From Candidatus Cloacimonadales bacterium (GTDB lineage: Bacteria > Cloacimonadota > Cloacimonadia > Cloacimonadales > JAIOQZ01), in the NCBI GenBank assembly GCA_963665815.1, contig OY762463.1, positions 544,001 to 608,000 of the forward strand: a stretch of 64,000 nt of DNA. Reading direction: 5' to 3'. Both the position numbers and the translations under genes were made by a program. Of the stretch, positions 29,595 through 43,226 are shown piece by piece. Each line of letters opens with the position of its first letter. Positions within the stretch are counted from its first letter, which is position 1. The notes under the pieces were generated by a model. That model was not told the DNA's origin. It was given only the letters and a program-made list of their open reading frames with translations, and made no database searches.

Positions 29595-31139
29595 CTACTC
29601 CCATTCGATTGTTGCAGGAGGTTTAGAGCTGATGTCATACACTACTCTGTTAACTCCCCTGACTTCATTTATTATTCTGCTCGATACTTTTTTAAGGAAC
29701 CAGTAAGGAAACTCTGTCCAATCTGCAGTCATTCCATCAGAAGATCCAACTGCTCTTAAAGCACAAACATTCTCATATGTTCTCTCATCCCCCATAACAC
29801 CAACAGACTGAATAGGCAGAAGTACTGCAAATGCCTGCCAGGTTTCATGGTACAAGTTTTCCTTGTATAATTCTTCAATGAATATGGAATCTATTTCCTG
29901 AAGTAATGTTACTTTTTCAGGAGTAATATCACCAATAATTCTGATTGCCAGTCCGGGACCGGGAAATGGATGTCTGTCAACCAGACGTGAAGATAGTCCA
30001 AGTTCTCTACCGGCAAGTCGAACTTCATCTTTGAACAATTCTCTTAAAGGCTCAACAAGTTTGAGATTCATTTTCTCAGGTAAACCACCAACATTATGAT
30101 GTGATTTTATTGTTGCAGAAGGTCCCTTAAAGGAGACACTTTCGATAACATCCGGATATAAAGTCCCCTGAGCCAGAAAGATAGCATCAGAATGTTTTTT
30201 AGCTTCCTGATCGAATATTTCGATAAATGTATGTCCTATGATTTTACGTTTTTCTTCAGGATCAGATACACCTTTCAAACGTCCAAGGAACAGATCTCCT
30301 GCTCTAACTGTATTCAGTTTAAGACCAAAAGCAGATGCAAAAGCTTCTTCTACATCCTCAACTTCGTTCTTTCTTAACAGTCCTGTATCAACAAAAATCG
30401 GAATAAGCTGATCTCCAATAGCTTTATAAAGAAGTCCGGCTGTTACAGAGGAGTCTACACCACCGCTGAGTCCAAGTATTACTTTATTGCTACCTATCTG
30501 TTCTTTCATCTCTGCAATAGAATTACTTACGAATGAAACAGGAGTCCAGTCTCTTTTAAAATCATACAGCTTCAGGAAGTTATCAATAATCATCAAACCG
30601 TTTTCGGTGTTAACAACTTCCGGATGAAACTGAAGTGCATACAAACCCTTTTCGATATTGGCAATTGCAGAGTATGGTGAGTTTTCAGTATGAGCAATTT
30701 TTTCGAATCCTTCAGGAAGGTTCACAACACCGTCTCCATGACTCATCCACACGTTTTCCTCTTCATTCAATCCAGCAAAGAGATTATCATGTGTATCAAT
30801 TTTGATTTTTGCATAACCGTATTCTTTTTTGTCAGCAGTTTCCACTTTACCTTTGAAGTGTGATGTCATAAGCTGCATACCGTAACAAATCCCCAGAATT
30901 GGAATATTCAAGTCCCATATTCTTTCATCAGGGATAGGTGCATCTACTCTGTTTACACTGTATGGTGAACCGGAGAGAATCAACACTTTTGGCTGTTTCT
31001 TTTCAATCTCAGAGAATTCAATATTAAAAGGCACAATTTCTGAGTATATATTTAGTTTTCTAATACATTTTGCGATTAATTGGGTATACTGAGATCCAAA
31101 ATCCAGGATCAATGCTGTCTCATGCTGAGTATACGACAT
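29595..31139 (-). CDS. guaA: GMP synthase (glutamine-hydrolysing)
   Basis: LDFGSQYTQLI, GICYGMQ, QFHPEV, SGGVDS, HPFPGPGL, KPPATIEWE. Confidence 0.98.
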   Translation of the reverse strand: MSYTQHETALILDFGSQYTQLIAKCIRKLNIYSEIVPFNIEFSEIEKKQPKVLILSGSPYSVNRVDAPIPDERIWDLNIPILGICYGMQLMTSHFKGKVETADKKEYGYAKIKIDTHDNLFAGLNEEENVWMSHGDGVVNLPEGFEKIAHTENSPYSAIANIEKGLYALQFHPEVVNTENGLMIIDNFLKLYDFKRDWTPVSFVSNSIAEMKEQIGSNKVILGLSGGVDSSVTAGLLYKAIGDQLIPIFVDTGLLRKNEVEDVEEAFASAFGLKLNTVRAGDLFLGRLKGVSDPEEKRKIIGHTFIEIFDQEAKKHSDAIFLAQGTLYPDVIESVSFKGPSATIKSHHNVGGLPEKMNLKLVEPLRELFKDEVRLAGRELGLSSRLVDRHPFPGPGLAIRIIGDITPEKVTLLQEIDSIFIEELYKENLYHETWQAFAVLLPIQSVGVMGDERTYENVCALRAVGSSDGMTADWTEFPYWFLKKVSSRIINEVRGVNRVVYDISSKPPATIEWE

Positions 31140-31143
31140 AATA

Positions 31144-31725
31144 TTATCCTTTTTTAATTTTTTTAAATTCTATTTCGTAGTTTTTGTATTGTAATTTATG
31201 AGTTGTATATCTGGATGGAATACGTCTGAAAAAAATGAAACCGGATTTCTGATTTCCGGGGTTGAGTTTACCAAAGTAGAAAGAATTCTGCATCAAATTT
31301 CTTCTTGTAATCTCATAGTCATTTTCCAGAGTATTAATTGATTCAGTATCATTATATAGAATTGCCCTTTTTGACAATACTCTCTGACCATAGAAATCCA
31401 GAACATCTTCATCCGGGAATGCATCATATTGATTCCCGTACTCATCTGCAAGTTTCAGATCTTCAGCCTCAATAACAATCTGTTTATCAGACCTGTTCTT
31501 AATAATAACATAGTAAGTGGTATAGTATTCAGACACATCCATGGGATCCATATTCCAGTATCTGTTTGCTGCAATCAGCTTGATATCATCAGTTTGAAGC
31601 ACACCATATTCCTCATCTGTTTTAACAGAATCGGTTGCGATCGGCATAAACTGCTGACCACAACCAATTACTGATAATATCATTAAGACAAGAACGTACA
31701 ATGTGACTCTATACTTCGTCTCCAT
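31144..31725 (-). CDS. Hypothetical lipoprotein
   Basis: Lipobox [17 protein letters not shown] resembles DUF4352-type Ig folds; start uncertain. Confidence 0.6.
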   Translation of the reverse strand: METKYRVTLYVLVLMILSVIGCGQQFMPIATDSVKTDEEYGVLQTDDIKLIAANRYWNMDPMDVSEYYTTYYVIIKNRSDKQIVIEAEDLKLADEYGNQYDAFPDEDVLDFYGQRVLSKRAILYNDTESINTLENDYEITRRNLMQNSFYFGKLNPGNQKSGFIFFRRIPSRYTTHKLQYKNYEIEFKKIKKG

Positions 31726-34294
31726 CAGTTTCTTCATCTTTGTTGCTCTCTTCTTCATCGAATTCAGACACGTCATCATCACCTAAGTTATCAGAACTGT
31801 CATCTTCGATTTCTTCATCAATATTCTCTACAGAAACTATATCAGCTTCTGTTATTTCTTCATCATCATCTTCTTCTGCGATAATTCTTGTAATGTCATA
31901 AACTCTGTCTTTCTCACTAAGGTTAATCAGTCTTACTCCCTGAGTATTTCTTCCAATAACACTTATTTTATCAACACCTTGTCTGATTATCATTCCGGAA
32001 CGAGTAACTATCATCAGATCATCGCTGTCAACAACTTCCATAAGAGAAATTAATGCTCCGTTTCTATCGGAGGTTTTAAGAGTAATTACACCTTTTGAAC
32101 CTCGCTTGGTTGCTTTGTAGCTGCTTACGTCTGTTCTCTTACCATAACCGTTTTCACTGATAGCAAGTAATGTACCTGTTCTTCTTACTACAACCATTGC
32201 AACAACTTCATCGTCGCCTCTTAAGCTGATTCCGCGAACACCCTGAGAATTTCTTCCCATTGATCTGACATCCATTTCATTGAAACGATTTGCATAACCA
32301 CCTTTAGTTGCAAGGATAATGTCGTTGGAACCTTCTGTGATTTGTGCATCAATAAGTTCATCACCGTCAACAAGTTTTATTGCGATAATACCACTGATTC
32401 TTGGTCTGGAGTAAGCAGAAAGTTCTGATTTCTTGATTGTTCCGTTTTTAGTAATCATTGTTACATAATGTGGATCTTCAAAGTTTCTTACTGTAACGTA
32501 AGCTCTGATCTTTTCATCTTTTTCAAGTTGAAGAAGATTGATTATAGCTTTTCCGCGTGCAAGGCGTCCAACCTTAGGGATTTTATGTACTTTAAGCCAG
32601 TAGCACTTACCATAATCAGTAAAGAACAGAATATATGAGTGAGTTGATGCGATAAAAATGCTTTCAACAAAGTCTTCATCTTTAAGGTTAGAGCCCGAAA
32701 GTCCCTTACCACCTCTTCCCTGTTTTCTGTATGTATCTACCGGGAGTCTCTTTATATAACCCTGATGAGAAATTGTTACAACCATTTCCTCATCTGCTAT
32801 CATATCTTCTGTTTCAATATCAGCTGATCCTTCAAGAATCTGGGTTCTTCTTATATCAGAATATTTATCTTTAATATATTGCGTTTCTTCTTTCATAATA
32901 TCAAGACGCAATTGTTTGTGATCAAGAATTCCTTTAAGTTTTTTTACGGTATCAAGAATCTCGTTATATTCCTGCTCAACCTTTTCTCTTTCAAGTCCGG
33001 TCAATCTCTGCAATCTCATCTCGAGAATAGCTTTTGCCTGAATCTCACTTAACTTGAATTTTGCCTGTAATGCCTGATTAGCGTCTGTAGTTGTTTTGGA
33101 AGCTCTGATCGTGGCTATTACTTCATCAATATTATCCAGAGCGATTCTGTAACCTTCTAAAATATGAAGTCTTCTTTCGGCATTCTTCAATAAAAACTTA
33201 GTTCTTCGTACAACAACTTCATGTCTGAAATCAATGAAATGCTGGAGAAGCTGTTTTATGTTTAGAACATGAGGAACCGTACCGATAAGAGCTCTGTTAT
33301 TAACGCTGAATGTTTCCTGTAACTGAGAATATTTGTAAAGCTGTTGAAGAACAACGTTAGCCTCGTTATTTCTCTTAATCGCTATAACAAGCCTCATTCC
33401 CTGTCTACCGGACTCATCTCTAATATCACTGATACCATCAATTCTCTTATCTTTAACAAGTTTAACAATCCTGTCAATCAGGAGGGTCTTGTTCAGCTGA
33501 TATGGGATTTCTGTAATAACAATAAATTCAGAGCCATTCTGTTTGGTTTCAATTGCAGCTTTACCTCTTAGTGTTATCTTTCCGTGACCTGTTTCAAAAT
33601 ATGATCTTATTCCGGCTGTACCAATAATGTATCCACCTGTAGGGAAATCCGGTCCTTTGATATATTTCATCAGTTCGAGAGGTTCCATATCCGGATTATC
33701 TATCAAGGCAACAATACCGTCACAAACTTCATTAATATTATGAGGAGCCATATTGGTTGCCATTCCGACTGCAATACCGGAACAACCATTAACAATAAGA
33801 TTAGGAAACTTAGAGGGAAAAACTACAGGTTCCTTTCTTGTATCATCATAGTTTGAGCGGTAATCAACGGTTTCTTTTTCAATATCTTCCAGAAGGTCTA
33901 CAGATGCCTTCTGAAGTCTTGCTTCGGTATAACGCATAGCAGCAGGTGGATCACCATCCTGTGATCCAAAGTTTCCCTGTCCATCTACCAGCATATATCT
34001 CAGACTCCATGGTTGAGCCATTCTCACAAGAGTAGGATATACAACCTGCTCACCATGAGGGTGATAGTTACCTGATGTATCACCGGCAATCTTTGCGCAT
34101 TTACGAAATCCTCTTCCCGGAGTAAGATTAAGTTCATGCATTGCATAAAGTATTCTTCTTTGAGAAGGCTTAAGACCATCTCGTACATCCGGAAGAGCTC
34201 TGGAGGCTATCACACTGAGAGAATACTCCAGGTACGACTTCTTCATTACATCTTCAATCTCTATTAATTCTATTCTTGATCTATCGTGAATCAT
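31709..34294 (-). CDS. gyrA: DNA gyrase subunit A
   Basis: [24 protein letters not shown], GyrA-box QGRGGKG, acidic tail. Confidence 0.98.
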   Translation of the reverse strand: MIHDRSRIELIEIEDVMKKSYLEYSLSVIASRALPDVRDGLKPSQRRILYAMHELNLTPGRGFRKCAKIAGDTSGNYHPHGEQVVYPTLVRMAQPWSLRYMLVDGQGNFGSQDGDPPAAMRYTEARLQKASVDLLEDIEKETVDYRSNYDDTRKEPVVFPSKFPNLIVNGCSGIAVGMATNMAPHNINEVCDGIVALIDNPDMEPLELMKYIKGPDFPTGGYIIGTAGIRSYFETGHGKITLRGKAAIETKQNGSEFIVITEIPYQLNKTLLIDRIVKLVKDKRIDGISDIRDESGRQGMRLVIAIKRNNEANVVLQQLYKYSQLQETFSVNNRALIGTVPHVLNIKQLLQHFIDFRHEVVVRRTKFLLKNAERRLHILEGYRIALDNIDEVIATIRASKTTTDANQALQAKFKLSEIQAKAILEMRLQRLTGLEREKVEQEYNEILDTVKKLKGILDHKQLRLDIMKEETQYIKDKYSDIRRTQILEGSADIETEDMIADEEMVVTISHQGYIKRLPVDTYRKQGRGGKGLSGSNLKDEDFVESIFIASTHSYILFFTDYGKCYWLKVHKIPKVGRLARGKAIINLLQLEKDEKIRAYVTVRNFEDPHYVTMITKNGTIKKSELSAYSRPRISGIIAIKLVDGDELIDAQITEGSNDIILATKGGYANRFNEMDVRSMGRNSQGVRGISLRGDDEVVAMVVVRRTGTLLAISENGYGKRTDVSSYKATKRGSKGVITLKTSDRNGALISLMEVVDSDDLMIVTRSGMIIRQGVDKISVIGRNTQGVRLINLSEKDRVYDITRIIAEEDDDEEITEADIVSVENIDEEIEDDSSDNLGDDDVSEFDEEESNKDEETDGDEV

Positions 34295-34304
34295 TTATCC
34301 TCCA

Positions 34305-36212
<1,908 letters not shown>

Positions 36213-36360
36213 CTATTTATGTTTAACTGTTTCAAATACTTAAATCATATAGGTAAAAAAAACATACTGAGTAAATATGTCAACGTATTTTTATGATGAA
36301 ATCAAGAATTGTTTTAGATTTGTATCTAATATATTTTTCAGGCAGTTATGACTCTCATTT

Positions 36361-37566
36361 TTACTCGTTATTTGCCTCGTCGAGAATTTCCCAGTGCTGA
36401 GATTTCATACCATCAGTTTTTGGCAGTTTTCCGGAACTGATAACAAGATCGATTTTGCTTTTTCGAGGTACAGGAGTCACAGCCTGCGGACTGCTGTAAA
36501 TTATCTTATTCTTCTTCACTTCGTCCGAATACCTGTAGTTTATCTTTCCCGGCTGCAAATCGGCGTTCTTAAGTCTTAATTTTGCCTGACTTAAACTGAT
36601 ATTATCGAGATGAGGTACATAAACCATCTCAGGACCGTTACTTACAACAACCTCAATGGATCTGTTCTTCTTTGTTTTCATTCCAACACCAGGCACTTGA
36701 GAAATAATCTTACCTTTTGGGATATCATTGTCGTGAACTCGCTTCTTTTCCTGAACGTAAAGCCCAAGACTTTTCAGCTCTTTTCTGGCAACATCGAAAT
36801 TTTTCATTTTTATGTCCGGGACATCTACTTCTTTACCCTGTTTTGTCACAAGTTTCATGGAAAAGTTTGCACCCCAGAATCCAACAAGTATAGTTGCAAG
36901 AATAACACCAAGAACAATCGAATATGATATAATATGACTTAGGATTTTATTCGGAGCTTCATTTTCGTGTTCCTCTTCAAATACAACTGTGTTTTCCAGA
37001 TCATTTATAATTCCGCTTTCAGGAATTTCTTCTTGTTTTACCTGTTTGCTGTGAGTAACTTTTTTTACAGGTACTTTTATGGCAACAGGCTTCTTCTCTG
37101 TTTCATTTTCAGGGATCTCTTCTTCAGGTTCTCTGCCTTCAATTGATTTCAATTTGAGCATTTTTTTCTCAAACTTCTTCTGAAGCTCTTCCTGCCTTTT
37201 CAGCTCTTTCTGCCTTCTGGCTTCCTCCAGCTCTTTTTTCTGTTCTTCTTCCCTGCGTTTAATAATTTCCTTATCATGCTGTTCTGCAAAGTTCTGCCCC
37301 TTTTTTTTAAAAGGAGAAAAACTATCATCGATTTTACCTTGAGCATTCAGAATAACCTTGCTGAGCACATGTATGAATCTTGATTTATCTTCAACATCAA
37401 TCATATGTACTTTGAAAACATATAGATTTACTTTTGCTTCATCAATTGGAAGGTATGCTTCAAGAGACTTAATTGCATCAGCATGACTCTTGTTGTTCTT
37501 GTAATATTTAGTTTTATAATATTTGTAAACTTCTTCCATAGTTACATCTGAAAGCTTTCTGTGCAT
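36361..37566 (-). CDS. Membrane protein with two extracytoplasmic PASTA domains
   Basis: Single TM, then VPDI..KNF..A...L...GL and VPHL...SL..A...L PASTA repeats; no kinase motifs. Confidence 0.8.
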   Translation of the reverse strand: MHRKLSDVTMEEVYKYYKTKYYKNNKSHADAIKSLEAYLPIDEAKVNLYVFKVHMIDVEDKSRFIHVLSKVILNAQGKIDDSFSPFKKKGQNFAEQHDKEIIKRREEEQKKELEEARRQKELKRQEELQKKFEKKMLKLKSIEGREPEEEIPENETEKKPVAIKVPVKKVTHSKQVKQEEIPESGIINDLENTVVFEEEHENEAPNKILSHIISYSIVLGVILATILVGFWGANFSMKLVTKQGKEVDVPDIKMKNFDVARKELKSLGLYVQEKKRVHDNDIPKGKIISQVPGVGMKTKKNRSIEVVVSNGPEMVYVPHLDNISLSQAKLRLKNADLQPGKINYRYSDEVKKNKIIYSSPQAVTPVPRKSKIDLVISSGKLPKTDGMKSQHWEILDEANNE

Positions 37567-37574
37567 CAGTTCTC

Positions 37575-38909
37575 CTAAATCTTCTTCTGTAGTTTCGCAG
37601 CAAATGCTCCATCAATATGATGAACATGAGGTGTTGTCATAATACAACCCTCATTGACGAATTCAGCAGGAACAAAACCTTTTGCGTCAATCAATGTAAA
37701 GTCCTTATGTTGTTCAAGGAATTTTTTTATCTGATCAAAATTTTCTTTTCTGTTAAGTGTACATGTACTATAAACAATATGTCCGCCGGGGGCAACAAAC
37801 TTTGCCCCGTAACTCAGTGCAGCCTCCTGTAATTTCAGGATATTATTCATATCTTGAGCTTTCTGCCATCTGAGTTCTGATTTTTTCTGGAATACACCCC
37901 AGCCGGAACATGGTACATCAAGCAGAACATGGTCATATACGGGAGCTACAGGACCATATGTATAAGAATCTGCTGTAATAAGTTTAATATTAGTAAGCTG
38001 GAGTCTTTCTGCTGTCTTTTTAATCTTTTTAACTTTATTAGGAATCTTATCTACAGCAATAACCTCTCCTGTGTTTTCTACTTTCTCAGAGATGTATGTA
38101 CATTTTCCTCCCGGACCGGCAAACAAATCCAGAATTGATTCATGTTTTTGTGGATTTAAAAGGTCAACTACCATTGCAGCAGCTGCATCCTGAATAGTGA
38201 AATATCCTTCAGAAAAAGTAACATCATTTATTACTTCTTGTGGAGAATCTGTACAGACAACAGATGGACTGGCACTGGAAGGTATAATACTGATTCCTTT
38301 TTTACTAAAGTATGATATTACCTTTTCAACAGTTGTTGCAGTCTTGTTCACTCTGATATTCAGTTTTGGTACATCATTGAAGTACATGCACAGGTATTCT
38401 GTTTGTTCCTCACCATAATATTTCAGCCATTCTTTTATAATTTCTGTAGGGAAAGAATACTCTATTCCTATTCTTTCTGCTGTATCCTTTATATCATAAG
38501 TAATTTCCGGATTTCTCAGGAAGTTCCTGATAACGGCATTTACAAAATCAGCAATTTTCTGATTCATAAGTTTTTTTGCTAATTCTACAGTCTCATGAAC
38601 TGCAGCATGATCAGGAATATTATCGCAATCTTTTATCTGGAAAATTCCCAGATAGATGAACACCTTGATTTTCAGATCTGTATTGGCAAATTTCTTTTCA
38701 TCAGCGAATCTGGAAGCAATATAATCCAGATTTCTGTGCATTTTAATGATACCTTTAACCAGAGTGTAAAACAAATCATGATTTCCATTCTGTTTCTTTA
38801 TCTTAGCTTGAGATTTCTGCAGCAGATTATCTGAGAACATGTTCTTTTTGAGAACTTTCACAATAATTTTATAAGCTTCTTCTCTTTCATTAACCATAGC
38901 ATTCCTCAC
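37575..38909 (-). CDS. rsmB: 16S rRNA m5C967 methyltransferase RsmB/Sun
   Basis: NusB-like N-terminus, IQD, DLFAGPGGK, LDVPCSG.G, YSTCT. Confidence 0.92.
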   Translation of the reverse strand: MRNAMVNEREEAYKIIVKVLKKNMFSDNLLQKSQAKIKKQNGNHDLFYTLVKGIIKMHRNLDYIASRFADEKKFANTDLKIKVFIYLGIFQIKDCDNIPDHAAVHETVELAKKLMNQKIADFVNAVIRNFLRNPEITYDIKDTAERIGIEYSFPTEIIKEWLKYYGEEQTEYLCMYFNDVPKLNIRVNKTATTVEKVISYFSKKGISIIPSSASPSVVCTDSPQEVINDVTFSEGYFTIQDAAAAMVVDLLNPQKHESILDLFAGPGGKCTYISEKVENTGEVIAVDKIPNKVKKIKKTAERLQLTNIKLITADSYTYGPVAPVYDHVLLDVPCSGWGVFQKKSELRWQKAQDMNNILKLQEAALSYGAKFVAPGGHIVYSTCTLNRKENFDQIKKFLEQHKDFTLIDAKGFVPAEFVNEGCIMTTPHVHHIDGAFAAKLQKKI

Positions 38910-39508
38910 TATTTTTTATAAAGATGCTTTATAGATCGTTTAACAATCTCTTCTACTGAAAGCAATTCACCGGATTCTTTAACAGTTCTCAGCACATTTG
39001 CAATTTCATGTTGCTTATAGCCAAGAGTAACAAGTGCAGTAAGAGCTTCACTGTAATTTGTATCAAAATCAGTAAGCGTATCATCCTGAATTTCATGACT
39101 GATAACATCACCGACTTTATCCTTCAGTTCAATAATCAATCTCTGAGCTTTCTTCTTTCCAAGACCCGATACTGTAGAAAGTATTTTTGTGTCATTAAGA
39201 AGTATAGCATTAACTATTGAAGACACATTAAGGGTAGATAAAATTGACAGTGCAAGTTTAGGTCCTATTCCTGAAATAGAAATTACTTTTCTGAACATGT
39301 TTTTTTCAGCTTTAGTATGGAATCCGAAAAGTCTGATACCATCATCAGTCATGTGAAAGTGAACATATACATGGACATTCTGCTCAAGTTCCGGCAATCT
39401 CTCGAATGTACTTAATGGTATTTCGACTTCATACCCAACACCACTGCAATCTATACAGGCAAAATTATTTTCTTTATCTGCCAGTTTACCTTTTAAAAAA
39501 CTTATCAT
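38909..39508 (-). CDS. ruvA: Holliday junction branch migration protein RuvA
   Basis: GVGYEV, LFGF, SGIGPKLA HhH, ALVTLGY. Confidence 0.95.
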   Translation of the reverse strand: MISFLKGKLADKENNFACIDCSGVGYEVEIPLSTFERLPELEQNVHVYVHFHMTDDGIRLFGFHTKAEKNMFRKVISISGIGPKLALSILSTLNVSSIVNAILLNDTKILSTVSGLGKKKAQRLIIELKDKVGDVISHEIQDDTLTDFDTNYSEALTALVTLGYKQHEIANVLRTVKESGELLSVEEIVKRSIKHLYKK

Positions 39509-39509
39509 A

Positions 39510-40004
39510 CTACCTCGATTTAATCATACTTGAAAATCTTTCTCTATTGTAATAACATAACGCAACACCCAGTGCATCTGTTGCATCTTCACTTTCAGGA
39601 AGATTTTTAATCGGGATCATTTGCTTAACCATATAACGAATCTGCTGTTTGGAGGCATTACCATTTCCCACAACAGATTTTTTCACTTCTCGTGGACTGT
39701 ATTCATATATCGGGATTCCGAATTTGGCGATTGTAAAAAGAATTACACCTCTTGCATGTCCAAGCTTAAACGAAGATTGAACATTCTTACCATTGAAGAT
39801 ATTTTCTACGGCAGCAACTTCAGGATTGTATTTACTTATCACAGATTCAAGCTCTTTATTAATGTATACGAGTCTTTCCGGAAGTGAAAGAGCCGGCGAG
39901 ATACGTATAGTATCACAACCGGCTGCTAATATTTTATTGTTTTCGAATTCCAGAAGACCGTAACCGCAGTTACGACTACCCGGATCAATTCCTAAAACGA
40001 GCAA
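39510..40004 (-). CDS. ruvC: Crossover junction endodeoxyribonuclease RuvC
   Basis: LGIDPG, LGHARGV, EYSP.EVK.SVVG.GNASK, DATDAL. Confidence 0.96.
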   Translation of the reverse strand: MLVLGIDPGSRNCGYGLLEFENNKILAAGCDTIRISPALSLPERLVYINKELESVISKYNPEVAAVENIFNGKNVQSSFKLGHARGVILFTIAKFGIPIYEYSPREVKKSVVGNGNASKQQIRYMVKQMIPIKNLPESEDATDALGVALCYYNRERFSSMIKSR

Positions 40005-40005
40005 T

Positions 40006-40749
40006 TTAAGCCAGTCCCTGAATTACTTCATCTGATATATCAAAGTTAGCATAAACTTTTTGTACATCATCAAGATCTTCAAGTTGATCTAATAATTTCA
40101 GAAGTTTTTCAGCAACGGAATCTGCATTAACTGTAGATTTTGGAACTCTTGTGAGTTCGGCTTTATCTATTTGGTATCCACCATTTTCAAGTTCGATCAT
40201 CACTTTATGAAGATCAGCACCTGATGTGTAGATTTCGAATTTATCGTCTTCCAGAACAACATCTTCAGCTCCTGCTTCCAGAGCAATCATCATGAATTCG
40301 TCTTCATCATGACCTTCAGATGGAGTTTCAATCAAACCTTTCTGTTCAAAGTTCCAGGCAACAGCACCTGTTTCAGCCATTGATCCACCATATTTAGAAA
40401 AACAATGTCTTACTTCGGCTACTGTTCTGTTCTTATTATCAGTTAAGGTCTCAACAAGAATAGCTACGCCTGCTTGACCATAACCTTCGTATGTAGCTTC
40501 TTCATAGCTGACCCCTTCAAGTTCACCTGTACCTCTTTTTATTGCTTTATCAATATTAGAGTTAGGCATATTATTATTTTTGGCGTTACTGACAGCAGTT
40601 CTCAAACGAGGATTAGAGTCAACATCTCCACCACCTTCTTTAGCGGCAATAATGATTTCCCTTACTATTCTTGTGAATAGTTTACCTCTTTTAGCATCTG
40701 CTGCGCCTTTTTTGTGCTTTATCGAGCTCCACTTACTATGTCCAGACAT
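40006..40749 (-). CDS. yebC: YebC/PmpR family protein
   Basis: MSGHSKWSSIKHKKG, YEGYG, LEDLDDVQKVYAN. Confidence 0.96.
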   Translation of the reverse strand: MSGHSKWSSIKHKKGAADAKRGKLFTRIVREIIIAAKEGGGDVDSNPRLRTAVSNAKNNNMPNSNIDKAIKRGTGELEGVSYEEATYEGYGQAGVAILVETLTDNKNRTVAEVRHCFSKYGGSMAETGAVAWNFEQKGLIETPSEGHDEDEFMMIALEAGAEDVVLEDDKFEIYTSGADLHKVMIELENGGYQIDKAELTRVPKSTVNADSVAEKLLKLLDQLEDLDDVQKVYANFDISDEVIQGLA

Positions 40750-40761
40750 TAATCCTCCTGT

Positions 40762-42819
40762 CTATTCATCAGAAGATTTGTATTCATCTATTACTTTTTG
40801 AGCTATATCATTAGGAACTTTTTCATAGTGTGAGAACTTCTGATTAAATCTACCACGACCCTGTGTAAGAGACTTAAGAGCAGGGAAGTATTCGTGAAGT
40901 TCAGCAAGCGGAAGCATTGCAGTAAGAATTTGTTTCTTACCAACTTGTTCCATACCGTTGATTTTACCGCGACGTGTAGATACGTCGCCCATTACATCAC
41001 CCATGTACTCGTTAGGGATGATGATCTGCACTTCATGGATAGGCTCAAGAAGAATTGGTTTAGCTTCAGCAAACCCTTTTTGAAGAGCTTGTGATGAAGC
41101 TATTTTGAAGGCCATCTCAGAAGAGTCAACATCATGGTATGATCCGAAGTATACATCAACACTGATATCAACAACGTTGTATCCTGCGATAATACCTTTT
41201 TCCATAGTTTCTTTCACACCTTTTTCAATAGCAGGTATGAATTTACTTGGAATTGTTCCACCAACAATAGAGTTGATGAATTTGAATGCTTCACCACGTG
41301 GAAGAGCTTTAATTCTGAAGTAAACTTCACCGTATTGTCCTCTACCACCTGATTGTTTTTTGTGTTTATAACTTACATCTGCATTACCGACGATAGTTTC
41401 TTTGTAAGGAATCCTTGGGTTTTTAAGGTCTGCCCCAACTTTGTAACGAGATTTAAGACGTTTTACGAGGAGGTTAACCTGTTGTTCTCCGGCACATGAA
41501 ATAACTTGCTCATGTGTTTCACCGTTGAAGTCAGCTGAAATTGTAGGGTCTTCATCAAGAAGTCTGTTAAGAGCTGAACCAATTTTATCTTCATCACTCT
41601 GGTTAGAAGCTTTGATAGATTGCCAGAAGATTGGAGCTGGGATTTCTGGTGTTGGGAATTTGAATTCATTTCCCGGTTTTGTAAGCGTGTTGAGTCCGCG
41701 ACCATATTTCAGCTTAACAAGACCACCGATTTCACCTGCTCTGAGTTCGGATGCATCTTTACGATTTTTCCCGAAGAGGAGATAGATACCACCAATTTTG
41801 TCTTTTGTATCTTTTTCAGGAATGAAAACATCCATTCCACTTTTGATTGTTCCTGAAAGAACTCTTACATATGCAACATCACCAATATTTGGATCTGCAA
41901 ATGATTTAAAGATATAAGCTACAAGATCATCATCTGCTGAAGCAGTGATAACTTTTTCTTCATTATCTTTAACAAGAGTGATTTCTTTTTTATCTGCAGG
42001 AGAAGGAAGATAATCAACAATTGCCTGTGTCAGCTCATTGACTCCAATGTTTTTCCCTGCTGATGTAGCAAATACAGGAATAACAGCACCTTTAGTGATA
42101 CCTTTTTTGAGCCCGGTCATAATTTCAGCATCAGTGAGTTCACCTTCTTCAAAGTATTTTTCGAGAAGATCGTCATCAGCTTCAGCTACGGCTTCCATAA
42201 GCTTCATTCTTGCTTCTTCAGCAAAATCAGCAACTTCAGCAGGAATATCTACAGCCTGACCGTCTATGTAAGCTTTGTTTTTTACTAAATCTACAACACC
42301 TGAAAGAGCTGATTCTTTTCCAATTGGAATCTGTACAGGTGCTAATGTGTAGTCAGTATTTTCCTGAATAAGCTCAATGATTTTAGTAAAATCAGCTTGT
42401 TCGTTATCCATTCTGTTAATAATAACAGCAGTAGAAGCATTAGAATTTTCAATAGCTTCAAATGCAAGTTCAAGACCAACATCAAAAACAGAAGCAGTTG
42501 CACTTGCAACAACAAATGCAGTTTCAGCAGCAGTTACAGCACCAAGAACTTCACCGTAGAAGTCCGGATATCCCGGAGTATCAATAATATTAATACGATG
42601 GCTTTTGTAATCGAAGAACGCTGTACCGAGAGCAATAGACATAGTTTTTTCAATTTCATCCTGGTCATGATCCATTACAGTGTTGCCTTCTTCAATTTTA
42701 CCGACTCTGGTTATAGCTTTCATATTGTAAAGCATGTGCTCGGCAAGGCTGGTTTTTCCGGATCCACTTGAACCGCAGAATACAATGTTACGAATTTTGT
42801 TCAAATCGTAGTTCTTCAT
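40762..42819 (-). CDS. fusA2: Elongation factor G paralog (EF-G2-like)
   Basis: Full EF-G domain layout (KKQSGGRGQYG, GSYHDVDSSEMAF, LLEP) with altered G-motifs GSSGSGKT / DTPGY / NRMD. Confidence 0.88.
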   Translation of the reverse strand: MKNYDLNKIRNIVFCGSSGSGKTSLAEHMLYNMKAITRVGKIEEGNTVMDHDQDEIEKTMSIALGTAFFDYKSHRINIIDTPGYPDFYGEVLGAVTAAETAFVVASATASVFDVGLELAFEAIENSNASTAVIINRMDNEQADFTKIIELIQENTDYTLAPVQIPIGKESALSGVVDLVKNKAYIDGQAVDIPAEVADFAEEARMKLMEAVAEADDDLLEKYFEEGELTDAEIMTGLKKGITKGAVIPVFATSAGKNIGVNELTQAIVDYLPSPADKKEITLVKDNEEKVITASADDDLVAYIFKSFADPNIGDVAYVRVLSGTIKSGMDVFIPEKDTKDKIGGIYLLFGKNRKDASELRAGEIGGLVKLKYGRGLNTLTKPGNEFKFPTPEIPAPIFWQSIKASNQSDEDKIGSALNRLLDEDPTISADFNGETHEQVISCAGEQQVNLLVKRLKSRYKVGADLKNPRIPYKETIVGNADVSYKHKKQSGGRGQYGEVYFRIKALPRGEAFKFINSIVGGTIPSKFIPAIEKGVKETMEKGIIAGYNVVDISVDVYFGSYHDVDSSEMAFKIASSQALQKGFAEAKPILLEPIHEVQIIIPNEYMGDVMGDVSTRRGKINGMEQVGKKQILTAMLPLAELHEYFPALKSLTQGRGRFNQKFSHYEKVPNDIAQKVIDEYKSSDE

Positions 42820-43226
42820 TTTTCCCCCGTGTATTTTATGATATATTTTTAAATATTTATACTAATTTAACATAGTTATCAATTTTTTAAATTAATGCAC
42901 AACTTGTCAATGAAATAGATTTGCATTGAAATACATTATGACATTATTATGTTGAATGATCAGTACAAGTCTGCAATATCAATGTTATTCACAGATCACA
43001 TTACAAGCATTCTGTTTTATTGATTAATATTTCACATTCATTAAGTATTAAATACTACCTTTCTGATCTCTATGAAGCAAGTTGTGCTTAAAATTATTAG
43101 AATGAATTATATATGTTGATAAAAGTATCTGAAGAGATTGATTTTATAAAGTTATATTAAGTTTGCTGCAAATTTTTATTGACATATTTTTAATAAATAT
43201 CAATTTTTTTTAAAAAGGAGAAATTT

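Noticed and set aside
42820-43226. Replication origin
   Set aside because: AT-rich, but only one near-consensus DnaA box (TTATTCACA, ~42985) was seen and there is no dnaA/dnaN nearby
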